From the NCBI GenBank assembly GCA_026014515.1, contig JAOZIG010000286.1, forward strand, positions 1 through 60,425: a stretch of DNA of 60,425 nucleotides. The letters are read 5' to 3'. The notes under the pieces were generated by a model. It was not told where the DNA came from and did no database searches. It saw nothing but the letters and a program-made list of their open reading frames with translations. This document shows positions 10,014 to 19,502 of this stretch, one piece after another; the stretch's first letter is position 1, and each line of letters begins with the position of its first letter. The stretch is from Candidatus Bathyarchaeota archaeon. Its GTDB lineage: Archaea > Thermoproteota > Bathyarchaeia > TCS64. The position numbers and the translations under genes were made by a program.

Positions 10014-11276
10014 ATGTTCCAAATCGTTCCGCCGTGTTCTTCTAATAAAATGAAAATATTACAATGTCCAGTGAATAAAGCAATGAAGTTGAAAGTAATC
10101 TCAATTACGTTATTAATGATATTACTACTAGCTCCAGTTGGGCAACTTGTTTACGCCCAAGACACAGGAGACGGTGACACAGGTGACGACGGTACCGGTG
10201 ATGGTACTGGAGAACCCGGTGATACTAATAGCACTCTTCCCGACACAAATACCACTATTCCAATACCTGATGGTGACGAGAATAGCACCGACACCGATGG
10301 TGAAGACGACGGTGGAGATGGTAATATTGACTCCTTAGTCGTTGAGCAGATAAGAACAACGACCCAACTTAGATACCAAGAGTTATATCAGTTAATGTTT
10401 GGAACACTAGCTCCGGCACCTGATGATGGAACAGATGGGGAAAATGTCACAGGTACTGAATCGGAGCTTCCCGAAGATAACACCACCTACACGGGACCAG
10501 TAATTCCAGAGGATGCTGACCCGGCCCTAAGAAACGCCTTCATGCATGCATGGCAGGCAATGCAACAGGGAGAAGATGAGGATACCAACCCACAGGCAGC
10601 AGCAAACGCCTATATGAGGGCATTGAAGCAGTTGAGAAACGCGTATAGAAAATTCGAGAAAGACAATCCAACGGTAGTCGATAGTTTGACCGCTACAAAC
10701 GACACAATACCTGACGACGAGATACCTGATGAACCAACAGATGATGAACTAAATGAGATCCAACAGCAACTTGTTGAGCGTTTCCAAGAACGTTTCCAAG
10801 AAAGATTGACCTCAATGTATGAGAACTACAATAATGTGTCTAGTGGTCTTTCACCTGATGATGCGGTAAAGGCGTTGAACGCTCTAACCAAGGCAGAGCA
10901 GAAGCTACTACGAATACAAGCACGAATCGATGCAGGAAACACGACAGGTGCCTTAGATGACCTTGACAACGCTACTGATACTCTTGATGATGACTTTGAC
11001 TCCTTGGATGACGCAGCTGCCAGACAAATGTTCAAGACCATGAACAAGCTGGAAGAGCGCATACAAAAGATGGAGGAGAAGGCGGCTAGGAAGGCGGCTG
11101 CTGGTGAGGACACTTCAGAAGAGGATGCGCTACTTGCTGAACTGAAAGGGAACAAGAACAAGACAAAAGACGACTACAAGACCAATAACGGTAACTCTGG
11201 TAACAGTGGTAACGACAAGGAAACAGGTAAGCCAGATAAAGAAGAAAAAGAGAAGAAGCCTAAGAAAAACGAGTAG
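10014..11276 (+). CDS. Secreted acidic low-complexity/coiled-coil glycoprotein-like protein
   Basis: The start abuts the stop of the upstream gene. Signal peptide MKLKVISITLLMILLLAPVGQLVYAQD (the true start may be an internal Met). D/G/T-rich region, many NxS/T sequons, helical Q/E/L-rich middle, and a K/E-rich tail (KPDKEEKEKKPKKNE). Confidence 0.7.
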   Translation: MFQIVPPCSSNKMKILQCPVNKAMKLKVISITLLMILLLAPVGQLVYAQDTGDGDTGDDGTGDGTGEPGDTNSTLPDTNTTIPIPDGDENSTDTDGEDDGGDGNIDSLVVEQIRTTTQLRYQELYQLMFGTLAPAPDDGTDGENVTGTESELPEDNTTYTGPVIPEDADPALRNAFMHAWQAMQQGEDEDTNPQAAANAYMRALKQLRNAYRKFEKDNPTVVDSLTATNDTIPDDEIPDEPTDDELNEIQQQLVERFQERFQERLTSMYENYNNVSSGLSPDDAVKALNALTKAEQKLLRIQARIDAGNTTGALDDLDNATDTLDDDFDSLDDAAARQMFKTMNKLEERIQKMEEKAARKAAAGEDTSEEDALLAELKGNKNKTKDDYKTNNGNSGNSGNDKETGKPDKEEKEKKPKKNE

Positions 11277-11294
11277 TCTTTTCTCTTTACCTCC

Positions 11295-11310
11295 TTTTTT
11301 TCCATTTTTT
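11295..11310 (+). terminator. Putative archaeal oligo-T terminator
   Basis: A T7 run (11295-11301) and a T6 run (11305-11310) lie 19-34 nt after the stop codon at 11274-11276. Archaeal RNAP terminates at oligo-T tracts. Confidence 0.4.
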
Positions 11311-11436
11311 AAAACTTGTTTATTCTTTGGGGCTGCGTCCTCTGAGATAGAATCCTATTCCGGCTACTATTATGAATCCTGCTATGAAGTATAACCATTC
11401 CATATTTGAGAGGATGTTGGAGAAGTATTTGAACTC

Positions 11437-11940
11437 TTACTCGGTTTTGGTCCGCATATATACCACTAAGCTTGAGATTATTCCTATTACTAGCATGCCG
11501 TAGCCAAAGTATCTGTACGGGTAATATGTTGCTGTCTCTGGTTCAAGGAGTCTGAGGTAGTAGAAGCCCGCGTTGATATCAGTTGCTTCGCCTTCGATTA
11601 TGTTGCCTGTTATCTCGATGGTCCAGTCTCCGGGTCCGGGTAGTAGTAACTCTGTTGGGTTGTCTGTGATGTTCCATGGGATTGTTTCTCCCATTCCAGT
11701 GACGGTGAAGCTTGTGTTCAGGGTAACCATGCTGTTGCTCCAGACTTTTACGTATGGTGATACTCCATCATCTACGCTCTGGGTGCCTGTGTTGAAGCTG
11801 TATGTTGCTCCGTTTGATGTGTCTTCCCAGAGGGTTACTTGTTCTGGTGCTAGGTGGATTGTGTATGTCTGTGGTAGGAATATGAAGGCGACGCCTAGTA
11901 TTGTGACTATTAGTGTGATTGTGAGATAGTTTCTCTTCAT
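11437..11940 (-). CDS. Small membrane protein with N- and C-terminal TM helices, unknown function
   Basis: 167 aa. N-terminal TM/signal anchor (LTITLIVTILGVAFIFL), a beta-rich middle, and a C-terminal TM (GYGMLVIGIISSLVVYM). Confidence 0.6.
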   Translation of the reverse strand: MKRNYLTITLIVTILGVAFIFLPQTYTIHLAPEQVTLWEDTSNGATYSFNTGTQSVDDGVSPYVKVWSNSMVTLNTSFTVTGMGETIPWNITDNPTELLLPGPGDWTIEITGNIIEGEATDINAGFYYLRLLEPETATYYPYRYFGYGMLVIGIISSLVVYMRTKTE

Positions 11941-12001
11941 GTGTCAACATATTCTGGGTAATGTTATTAATACTATAGACTAGAACAGGAAATAGAACAA
12001 C

Positions 12002-12259
12002 TTGAACATCAGAGAGTTCCTGAAACCAAGTATCCCAAAGATATTGGTGACCCTAGTTTTACCCGCAGTGGTTTATGTTTTGTTGACTTTTAACTTGGAG
12101 GGTGTACTGGATTTCTACTGGTATCTTTTAACGCCTTTTTACAAGGTCTATGCTGATGTGATGTACAGGGAGTTTAACTGGTTTATCCTGCTCTGGGTTT
12201 CCTTTTACGTATCTGCATGCCTTATGGAAGCCGGGTATAGACGTGGTATGCGAGACTAG
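12002..12259 (+). CDS. Small hypothetical membrane protein
   Basis: 85 aa with a TTG start and two hydrophobic helices. There is no other support. Confidence 0.35.
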   Translation: MNIREFLKPSIPKILVTLVLPAVVYVLLTFNLEGVLDFYWYLLTPFYKVYADVMYREFNWFILLWVSFYVSACLMEAGYRRGMRD

Positions 12260-12717
12260 GTCTTGACTGTGGGCATGGTTGCCTGTATGAGTGCCTTGGC
12301 GTAGTCTTTCTGGTTGTTGTATATGTTGTAGAAGTACTTGTCGCCATCAATTGTTTTGATCTCTAGTGGAGCTAGCATGCCGAGTGTTGAGAAGAATCCT
12401 GTCTTGAAGCTGCCTGATTCGACGTTGCTGTACCAGATCATGTAGTTGTCTTCGTCATTGGCTAATAGTTGGTTTAGGTCATGTTCTTTTTGTTTTTCTC
12501 GGTTGATGTCTTGTTGTGTTTGGTTGTCCATGGAGAAGGCTATTGCGCCTGATGGTCCGCTGATTCCGCTTCCCAGCATGGTTGCGATGAGGCTGCTTGC
12601 ACCTACTTTGACGCAGAGTAGTCGTTGGTCTGTGAATATGAGGTCGCAGCTTTTTTGTGTCCAGTTGCCTGGTGGTTTTGTTTGGACGTTTTCTATTATG
12701 CCTAGGATTTTCTCCAT
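12256..12717 (-). CDS. Hypothetical protein, possible PH/GRAM-like domain
   Basis: 153 aa. The N-terminal CDLIFTDQRLLCVKVG pattern is reminiscent of bacterial PH-like domains. It has a G/S-rich loop. The family call is weak. Confidence 0.55.
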   Translation of the reverse strand: MEKILGIIENVQTKPPGNWTQKSCDLIFTDQRLLCVKVGASSLIATMLGSGISGPSGAIAFSMDNQTQQDINREKQKEHDLNQLLANDEDNYMIWYSNVESGSFKTGFFSTLGMLAPLEIKTIDGDKYFYNIYNNQKDYAKALIQATMPTVKT

Positions 12718-12827
12718 TTCTGGTTCCTTCTATGGGTTGGTGTTTGTTGTGTCCCTTAACTGTGTTGGTGTCTACTGGTGGGTACTTTGGGGAAAAATTT
12801 TTCTTGACTGGGTTTAGCTAGATTGCG

Positions 12828-15800
12828 TTATTCGAGGTATTTTTTGCAGTTGTAGCAGTACCAGCGCTGGTATTGGGGTATCCAAGTGGCTTCTCCGCCG
12901 CATTCGCTGCAGTATTGTTGCTTTGGTTGTTGTTCTTGGATGGGTGTCTGTGGTTGTGTGTTTTGTGGGGTTTTCTTTCTTTGTCGGAGTAGTATGATGC
13001 CTCCTGCTGCTAGTGCTAGTAGTATGGCTGCTCCGAGGAATGGTCCCCACCATTTGTAGCCTGTGAGTGGCTCTGTTACTGTGAATGTCTTTGTGTCGGT
13101 TATTTCCCCGTTTATGATGAGGGTTATTGTCCATGTTCCCTGTGTGTTGGTGTAGTCTGTGAGGTCTAATGCGCTGTATACCCCTGTAGTGGTGGTGTCA
13201 TCCACTATGTATTCGAATATTATGGGTTGGTCTGGTCCTTGGAATATCCAAGTGATGTTGTCTCCTGGTGATGCTGATTCAAATTGTACTAGGCTGTAGA
13301 CGGTCTCTTCGATGGTATAGCTTGTTTTTGTTTGTGGTGTCTCTCCTACGTCGGGTATTGTGTCTGTTGTTGTGTGGGAGTTGAACACTATGCCTGTTGT
13401 GGTGGTGGTTTGTTCTACTGTGAGGCTTATCTGGGCGGTGGCTGTGTTTCCGTCGTCGTCTGATACTGTTAGTGTAATTGTGTGTGTTCCTAGGGTTAGG
13501 TTTGTCTGGACTGATTCACCTGTTCCTAGTACGCCATCTAGGCTGCTTACCCAGTTCAGGGTCGTCAACATACCGTCGTCTAGGTCGTATCCTGCCCCAG
13601 TGAGTGTTACTTCTTGTCCAGTTGTCTCACCGTCTGTGTAGGAGGTTATGAACGCGTTGGGTTGGTTCGTGGGTACACTGAATGTTCCGTATGTGGTTTC
13701 GCTTGTCCTGACGCCATCATGTCCTATGACCTTGATGTAGCAAGTGTCTCCACCGGGGAGTCCCTCGTAGTCGAAGCTGTAACTTGTCCCGGTAACGCCT
13801 ATGTCTAGTGTGATCCAGTTCGCACCATCGTTGCTGAATACAATCGTAGATGTGCACTGGTCGCTGTCAGGGTCTGATATGCTCCAAGATACCGTTGCGC
13901 CTCCACTTTGTTCGTTAAACGAGTCAATGCTTACGTTTGGAGAGTAGCTTGATACAGGTTCAGTTGTGATCAGTACATCGTCCTTGTAGAACTCGATTGC
14001 CGCTGTGTTATCAGGGAATAGCGTGCTGAAGCAGAAGAATGATTCATCCGCGTCGCCTCCAAAGTCTTGTTCATAGAGTACAGTACCCGTTGAGTCCACT
14101 AATTTAGCTGTGAAGCGCCCCTCTGGCCATGTGTCGGGTAGTCCATTGTATTCGATGAACTGTTGATCATATACTCCTGTGCTGTTCACCACGCCTCCAA
14201 TTAGTAACACCGGAACATGTGGTGGGTCTCCCAAAGCCTTGAGTAGCTGAAGATAGGTGTCTTGGCTTACCCATGAACTAAATGAGCCTCCGGCGTTGGT
14301 ACCCATGAAGCATCTGACGCTTGCTGTGTTTATCGTAAAGGCAGAGTGGCGTTCAGCCTCCACATCGAGATCATAGATTCTTCCATCTTTCAAGATTAGC
14401 CCTGTGACTGGGAATCCGTGTTCCGTGATCTTGTACTGCTCCGTCCATCTGTATAATCCTAAGAGGTGTGCCACCTCGTGTGCTGCGACTCCTACGAATG
14501 CTGTTTCCTTTATACCACAGCTTCGGGATGAGATATAGGCTGACGCGAATCCCTGTGTTGTCGTGGTTTCGGGTTTATCCCACCATAATGTTGTCGCAGG
14601 GAGCACAGCTACAAGCCTATTGTTTGATGCCGCTGAGTCCGCTGATAACCATAAAGTCGCCGCAATATATTGCCCAGAATAGGTAACCCTGTGGGATACT
14701 GGCCAGTAAGACCCAATGTTTCGTGGACTAATTGTGAAGGTGAACTTTGATTCTGGTAATGGGTAGACATCTTTGATGAACTCGATGTGTTTCTGGCAGA
14801 AACTGATGTATTCTCTTAGTTCCTGTTGGTCTTCCGGTGTTAGTTTTGTTGGGTCTGTGTTTGCCTTCCACTGCATGTCAACTGGGACGAACATTATTCG
14901 CAGTGGCTCCATTTCGGCTACCCGTACATCCCAGTCCATTCTCAATGATTTCCAGTAATCCTCTGGCATCTCGTAAGAAGTGTATAGGCTGTTGGAGTCA
15001 ATTTGTAGAGATAACTCATAGTCGCCGGGTTGATCTAATTTGAAGATAAAGTCGTGGTTTACTATCTTTGAGATCGCGTTTATTTTTCGTGTCTCAGAAT
15101 ATACTATCTGCCCTTCCTTCTTGGCGATTAACTCCACTTCTATCTCTGGCTTTGTGTATCCACTGGTGCCTCTTCTCGTGGGGCAGTTAAAGGTGACTCT
15201 GACTCCAGCCTCTTTTCCGCCGACAAGCTTGTAGATTTCCTCGTAGGGAATTGTCTCGATGGTCTGGACCAGTGATATTTGCTGGACATCAAACCAGATG
15301 GGCATCACCGAGATTTCTTTCTCCACATCATAATATTGACCGTCTATATCCGCTGTGATCTTTAGCGTCCATTTCTCACGTGTAGCTGTCGTAGGGTCTG
15401 TTACAAAGGGTATCTCGTAAAAGGCATTGTACTTGCCATCGGCTCCTGTGGAGAAACCACTGCTATAGTCGATTATGTTTCCGTCTTTATCGTAAACCTC
15501 GATACCGATCTCGGCGCCATATATCGGTTCACCGTTTTTAGTCACAGAGCCCGTGATATCCACTTTTTCTCTTGTTATGTACTTGGTTTTCGGAATCTCG
15601 GCGCTATGTACTACGTTTGAGTCGATTGTGAAACTGTATCTGTACTCTTGTTCGCTGTCAATCCATACGCTAATAGTCCATGTGCCCGGGTCGCTGATAA
15701 TCTGATTATATGTTGAGTCTGTTTGTTTGATGCTATGAGAAACAATATACTCGCTCCACTGGGTTAATCCCTGTGTGGAAGGGCTTGGAATCTCCACACG

Positions 15801-16724
15801 AGTATTCGTCAAGGTCTCTCTTTCTCTGGGGGTCTCCCACTCAATGTAGACGCTGTGAGTTCCTTTGACTTCCCCCAGTTTCATCCAGAAGATGATGTCA
15901 TCTCCGTATGTGAATGAGGTCTTTCGATCAACGGGTTCATTGTTCTGCAGACCTGTTGTAAAAGCCTGATCTAAAATCGTGTAGCTTGCCTCTTCCTCCA
16001 CCTCGATTGTTTTAACTATGAAATCGGATTTTCCCGTCGAGTCCCACACCTCTAACTCTAATGTATAGGAGCCCATCTGTGACGGAGTCCAGCTCCACGA
16101 CTCTAAATTATCATATTCAGTTCTATGATCGCCATTCAGGTACCATACAAGAGAAGTAATCTCAGCATTAACCACCGTAGAAGTGCTAGAAACCGTAACC
16201 TGATCCCCGGGCTGTGGCTTAGAAGGCGAGTAACTGAAATCAGCGTCCAGTACACTCTCAACGGTCTCAGTGTACCCAATGAAATATTTGACCGCTCCAC
16301 TTTGGGCATGGTATTTCCACCATTGTATCATCTCCATCTCGTCTGTGAAGTAATAGCCATCGTCATAGATTCGTGGCCAGAGCTGAATCTCTAAGACATC
16401 TCCCTGCTCTACGTTGAAGTTACCGCTACCGAACTCAGACTCTCCTTGATACCTCCAGTTTGGTAGCCAAGGACCATCAGTATAACCTGGGTCTTCAACG
16501 TAGAAGTATCCCCATGCATCTTTAGGCGCGGTCCATGTGAATACCTTACTCGGGTTGCTGATGTAAGTCTGCGTATCCGCGTTATACTCATAGACTCCCT
16601 CGGGCCAACTGTAAGTTGTTACAGTGCCGGTTTCCTCTTTGTACTCCTGAGCATGAACGGGTGTAACCAGCATACTTATTGAGAATAGTAAGATAAACCC
16701 GAGAACAACCTTAGACCTATCCAC
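12828..16724 (-). CDS. Giant surface-anchored zinc metalloprotease-like protein with PKD/Ig-like domains and a cytoplasmic zinc-ribbon tail
   Basis: 1298 aa. Signal peptide (LGFILLFSISMLVTPVHAQE), HExxH motif (AAHEVAHLLG), PKD-like repeats (LELEVWDSTGKSDFIVKTIEV; ITLTVSDDDGNTATAQISLTVE), a TM helix (GPFLGAAILLALAAGGIILL), and a C-terminal CSECGG...CYNCKKY zinc ribbon. Confidence 0.8.
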   Translation of the reverse strand: MDRSKVVLGFILLFSISMLVTPVHAQEYKEETGTVTTYSWPEGVYEYNADTQTYISNPSKVFTWTAPKDAWGYFYVEDPGYTDGPWLPNWRYQGESEFGSGNFNVEQGDVLEIQLWPRIYDDGYYFTDEMEMIQWWKYHAQSGAVKYFIGYTETVESVLDADFSYSPSKPQPGDQVTVSSTSTVVNAEITSLVWYLNGDHRTEYDNLESWSWTPSQMGSYTLELEVWDSTGKSDFIVKTIEVEEEASYTILDQAFTTGLQNNEPVDRKTSFTYGDDIIFWMKLGEVKGTHSVYIEWETPRERETLTNTRVEIPSPSTQGLTQWSEYIVSHSIKQTDSTYNQIISDPGTWTISVWIDSEQEYRYSFTIDSNVVHSAEIPKTKYITREKVDITGSVTKNGEPIYGAEIGIEVYDKDGNIIDYSSGFSTGADGKYNAFYEIPFVTDPTTATREKWTLKITADIDGQYYDVEKEISVMPIWFDVQQISLVQTIETIPYEEIYKLVGGKEAGVRVTFNCPTRRGTSGYTKPEIEVELIAKKEGQIVYSETRKINAISKIVNHDFIFKLDQPGDYELSLQIDSNSLYTSYEMPEDYWKSLRMDWDVRVAEMEPLRIMFVPVDMQWKANTDPTKLTPEDQQELREYISFCQKHIEFIKDVYPLPESKFTFTISPRNIGSYWPVSHRVTYSGQYIAATLWLSADSAASNNRLVAVLPATTLWWDKPETTTTQGFASAYISSRSCGIKETAFVGVAAHEVAHLLGLYRWTEQYKITEHGFPVTGLILKDGRIYDLDVEAERHSAFTINTASVRCFMGTNAGGSFSSWVSQDTYLQLLKALGDPPHVPVLLIGGVVNSTGVYDQQFIEYNGLPDTWPEGRFTAKLVDSTGTVLYEQDFGGDADESFFCFSTLFPDNTAAIEFYKDDVLITTEPVSSYSPNVSIDSFNEQSGGATVSWSISDPDSDQCTSTIVFSNDGANWITLDIGVTGTSYSFDYEGLPGGDTCYIKVIGHDGVRTSETTYGTFSVPTNQPNAFITSYTDGETTGQEVTLTGAGYDLDDGMLTTLNWVSSLDGVLGTGESVQTNLTLGTHTITLTVSDDDGNTATAQISLTVEQTTTTTGIVFNSHTTTDTIPDVGETPQTKTSYTIEETVYSLVQFESASPGDNITWIFQGPDQPIIFEYIVDDTTTTGVYSALDLTDYTNTQGTWTITLIINGEITDTKTFTVTEPLTGYKWWGPFLGAAILLALAAGGIILLRQRKKTPQNTQPQTPIQEQQPKQQYCSECGGEATWIPQYQRWYCYNCKKYLE

Positions 16725-16773
16725 ATTGAATCAAACACCTAACAAGCATCCTCCAAATATAGGTTGTTGAAAA

Positions 16774-16849
16774 TGGAGCCGGGCGAGGGATTCGAACCCC
16801 CGTGGAGCCGCTCTGCAGGCGGCCGCCTAAACCGCTCAGCCAACCCGGC
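16774..16849 (-). tRNA. tRNA-Cys (anticodon GCA), CCA encoded
   Basis: The reverse complement GCCGGGT TG GCTGAGCGGTTTAGGC G GCCGC CTGCAGA GCGGC TCCAC GGGGG TTCGAAT CCCTC GCCCGGC T CCA folds as a cloverleaf by hand. It has the U73 discriminator typical of tRNA-Cys. Confidence 0.9.
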
Positions 16850-16890
16850 GCAACAATGAGAGGCACGAACTGTTTTTAATGTTTTGTGAT

Positions 16891-16967
16891 TGGTGGGACC
16901 GCCCGGATTCGAACCGGGGATCACGCGGACCCAAACCGCGTATCGTACCAAGCTTGACCACGGTCCC
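16891..16967 (-). tRNA. tRNA-Pro (anticodon TGG), CCA encoded
   Basis: In the reverse complement GGGACCG..CGCGG TTTGGGT CCGCG TGATC CCCGG TTCGAAT CCGGG CGGTCCC A CCA, the acceptor, anticodon and T stems all pair perfectly. G37 follows the anticodon. Confidence 0.9.
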
Positions 16968-17009
16968 AGTGCAAACCGATAAGGGCTAACCTGTTATTAA
17001 ATGATACGT

Positions 17010-18224
17010 CTACCCATATCGTAGCTTGGAATTCTCAAGAGCAGCGACTACAGGCAGTGTTTCGCCTGCAAGCATGCTGAGCATGGCTCCTCCGCCTGTT
17101 GAAACGTGGCTCATGTGGTCGTTGATGCCTAGCATTGAGGCCATGGCTCCCATGTGGCCTCCTCCTACCACAGTGAATCCCTTACACCGCGCCATACAGC
17201 GTAACAACTCCTTGGTGCCAATATCGAATCCTCGTCTCTCGAACATCCCTAAGGGGCCTTCTGCTACTACTGTTCCAGCTTTCTCGATGGTGCTACTGTA
17301 GTGGGCGATGGTATTCAAACCAATATCGTAGATGTTCTTTTCTTCAGTGATTCTGTCGATAAAGACCTCTACTCTTTCACCTTTGACGTCGAGGGCGACA
17401 TCCATGGGTAACTGGATCTGATTAGGATACTTTTCGAGAATATCGCGACAGACATCAACTTGTTTTAGTTCCTCTTCGTTTAGTTCCTCGCAGCGTTTAT
17501 TCATCTTGCCTCGTGCCATCTGGAAGCTATCTGCGACGAGACCGCCGATGAGTATCTTGTCTGCTATATCGTCTTTGAGTACCCTGTTGATTACTGGTAT
17601 ACGGTCATCGACTTTTGCTCCTCCTAGGAGATATACGCTTGGGCGTTCAGGTTTGTCCAATACCCTGTTGAGTGCTCGTAGTTCTTGCTCCATGAGGCGT
17701 CCAGCTAGCATTGGTACTACGTTGCTGAGCCCTACTAGGCTTGCTTGGCTTCTGTGGGCTGCCGCGAAAGCGTCGTTTACGAAATAATCTACGTATTTGC
17801 TTAGAGTCTGCACGAGTTCTGTGTCTCTGAGTTCCTCCACAGGTGCTTTCTTGTTTTCCTCTTCCATCATTCTGACGTTATTGAGCACCAAGACATCGCC
17901 TTTCTTCAGCGTCTTGATCTCTTTCTGAGCGTCCTCACCAACAATGTCATCAGTGTACTTGACTGGGCGCTCCAAGTACATTTGAAGCACCTTACTATGA
18001 CTTTCAAGGCTTGTGAAGTCGTATTTTCCGGGGCGGCTTTGATGTGCCCCGATGATGAGTTTTGTGTCTTTGAGACTTCTGACTGTGGGTATGACCGCTT
18101 GTATCCGCGTGGCATCCAGTATCCTCTTGGAGTTAGGGTCGAGGGGGCTGTTGATGTCTGCTCGCAGGAAAACTGTCTTACCTGTTAAGTCTACATCATC
18201 AAGGGTGAGGAAGTCGTAAACCAT
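17010..18224 (-). CDS. pgk: Phosphoglycerate kinase (archaeal type)
   Basis: 404 aa. N-terminal VFLRADINSP, then NDAFAAAHRSQAS, and C-terminal STGGGAMLSMLAGETLP, all typical PGK motifs. Confidence 0.95.
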   Translation of the reverse strand: MVYDFLTLDDVDLTGKTVFLRADINSPLDPNSKRILDATRIQAVIPTVRSLKDTKLIIGAHQSRPGKYDFTSLESHSKVLQMYLERPVKYTDDIVGEDAQKEIKTLKKGDVLVLNNVRMMEEENKKAPVEELRDTELVQTLSKYVDYFVNDAFAAAHRSQASLVGLSNVVPMLAGRLMEQELRALNRVLDKPERPSVYLLGGAKVDDRIPVINRVLKDDIADKILIGGLVADSFQMARGKMNKRCEELNEEELKQVDVCRDILEKYPNQIQLPMDVALDVKGERVEVFIDRITEEKNIYDIGLNTIAHYSSTIEKAGTVVAEGPLGMFERRGFDIGTKELLRCMARCKGFTVVGGGHMGAMASMLGINDHMSHVSTGGGAMLSMLAGETLPVVAALENSKLRYG

Positions 18225-18279
18225 GATGTATCCCGGTGATTCGCATTACACTGTATGTTCTATAAAAAACTGTTCTTCC

Positions 18280-19470
18280 TTATTTTCGACGTTTAATGAT
18301 AGATTTTACCAATTTCTCTAATCCAGTGAAATCAGCTTTCATAAAATCCAATTCATCAACACCATCAAACCACTTAGGAATTACACCAGTTTTCTTTGCT
18401 TCTCGTAGCTCTAATCTGAGTCTAGCTGCTTGACTGATAACCTGTCTCCTCTCTCTGTTGACTTCTGTATCTTGAACCACTTCACTCATCAGATAGGCTC
18501 CATCCTTTGTCCCAATGGGCTTGAGGTAGAATTTCTCGTCTGGTATCTCCCCGAAGTCGCCATGGGGCTCTGTTTGGTACCAGTAGGCTACGCTGCTGTA
18601 GTCTTGTTGTAGCATATTGGCGTGTCCATGCTCTATCTCAACGGATATTGTGTTCTTGAATGGGACTGGATCGGGTATGTGAAGCCTGTAGGCGCTGTAT
18701 CTGCTGTTTACTTCGTCCATCACGGTCAATCCATGATAAGGTGCGTGGAAGGAGCCTTTGTTCCAGAACCATCCTCCTTGAAAATAGTCCTCGGTGCCTG
18801 TTCCTATGATGCTTGGATGGTTCTCGTTATCAACTGTGATGAACTCGTCACCTTGAAGCATCAACAGGCTTCCTTTATCATAGCTCTGCATGTTTAATAC
18901 ACAGCCCGCGTAGTGTCCTCTGCCTGTTGCTTTGAGTATGGTATAGTTTTCATTTATCTGAGTGGGGTTCTCCCTGTTGTATCTGCAGTGGAAGTAGAGT
19001 GTGTCCTCTTCTAGCTCTGTCTCATGATACTCGACGTTATAGTAAAGGTGTGTTACAGGATATTGACTCCTGTTTTCAATCTCTAGAACCGCTTTTTCCT
19101 TGAATGGCATTGGCCAATAACTGAAGAAACCTCCGCTTGTCATCCCATGCATCGCGTTATAGTGGTGTACGTATTCTGCGAATCCTGCTCCAAAGAAGTC
19201 ACCTATAGGCGCATATACGCTGGGTGTTTTTTCATCATCCCAACTGAACCTGAGAAGAAGATAACGTAGGATATGTTCATCCTCTGAGTTTAAAGCGAAC
19301 CATATTCTGCTAATGATTCCACTACCTGTGATTACACCTAGTCTGATGGTCTCTCCGGGTTCAACTGTTACATAGTCAGCGTTTCCATGGCTGGGGTCGT
19401 GACTGCTTATCTGCCTAGTCTTCCAGTCTTTTGCCTTGTAGATAGAATCGGGTGATCCGAGGAGCTTCAT
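18280..19470 (-). CDS. DUF2961 / glycoside hydrolase family 172-like protein
   Basis: 396 aa. GIISRIWF, IGDFFG and GTGTEDYFQGGW motifs are typical of DUF2961 (GH172) proteins. Confidence 0.7.
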   Translation of the reverse strand: MKLLGSPDSIYKAKDWKTRQISSHDPSHGNADYVTVEPGETIRLGVITGSGIISRIWFALNSEDEHILRYLLLRFSWDDEKTPSVYAPIGDFFGAGFAEYVHHYNAMHGMTSGGFFSYWPMPFKEKAVLEIENRSQYPVTHLYYNVEYHETELEEDTLYFHCRYNRENPTQINENYTILKATGRGHYAGCVLNMQSYDKGSLLMLQGDEFITVDNENHPSIIGTGTEDYFQGGWFWNKGSFHAPYHGLTVMDEVNSRYSAYRLHIPDPVPFKNTISVEIEHGHANMLQQDYSSVAYWYQTEPHGDFGEIPDEKFYLKPIGTKDGAYLMSEVVQDTEVNRERRQVISQAARLRLELREAKKTGVIPKWFDGVDELDFMKADFTGLEKLVKSIIKRRK

Positions 19471-19502
19471 GGGAAATATGTGTGTTTTCTTTGGTTAAGA
19501 GT

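Noticed and set aside
10150-10340. Repetitive-looking GGTGAC/GGTACT-rich DNA suggesting a tandem repeat
   Set aside because: It is simply the codon pattern of a D/G/T-rich low-complexity protein segment (GDGDTGDDGTGDGTGEPGD). There is no exact tandem unit at the DNA level.
16739-16951. 70-aa minus-strand ORF from the track
   Set aside because: It is composed almost entirely of the tRNA-Cys and tRNA-Pro sequences, so it is not coding.
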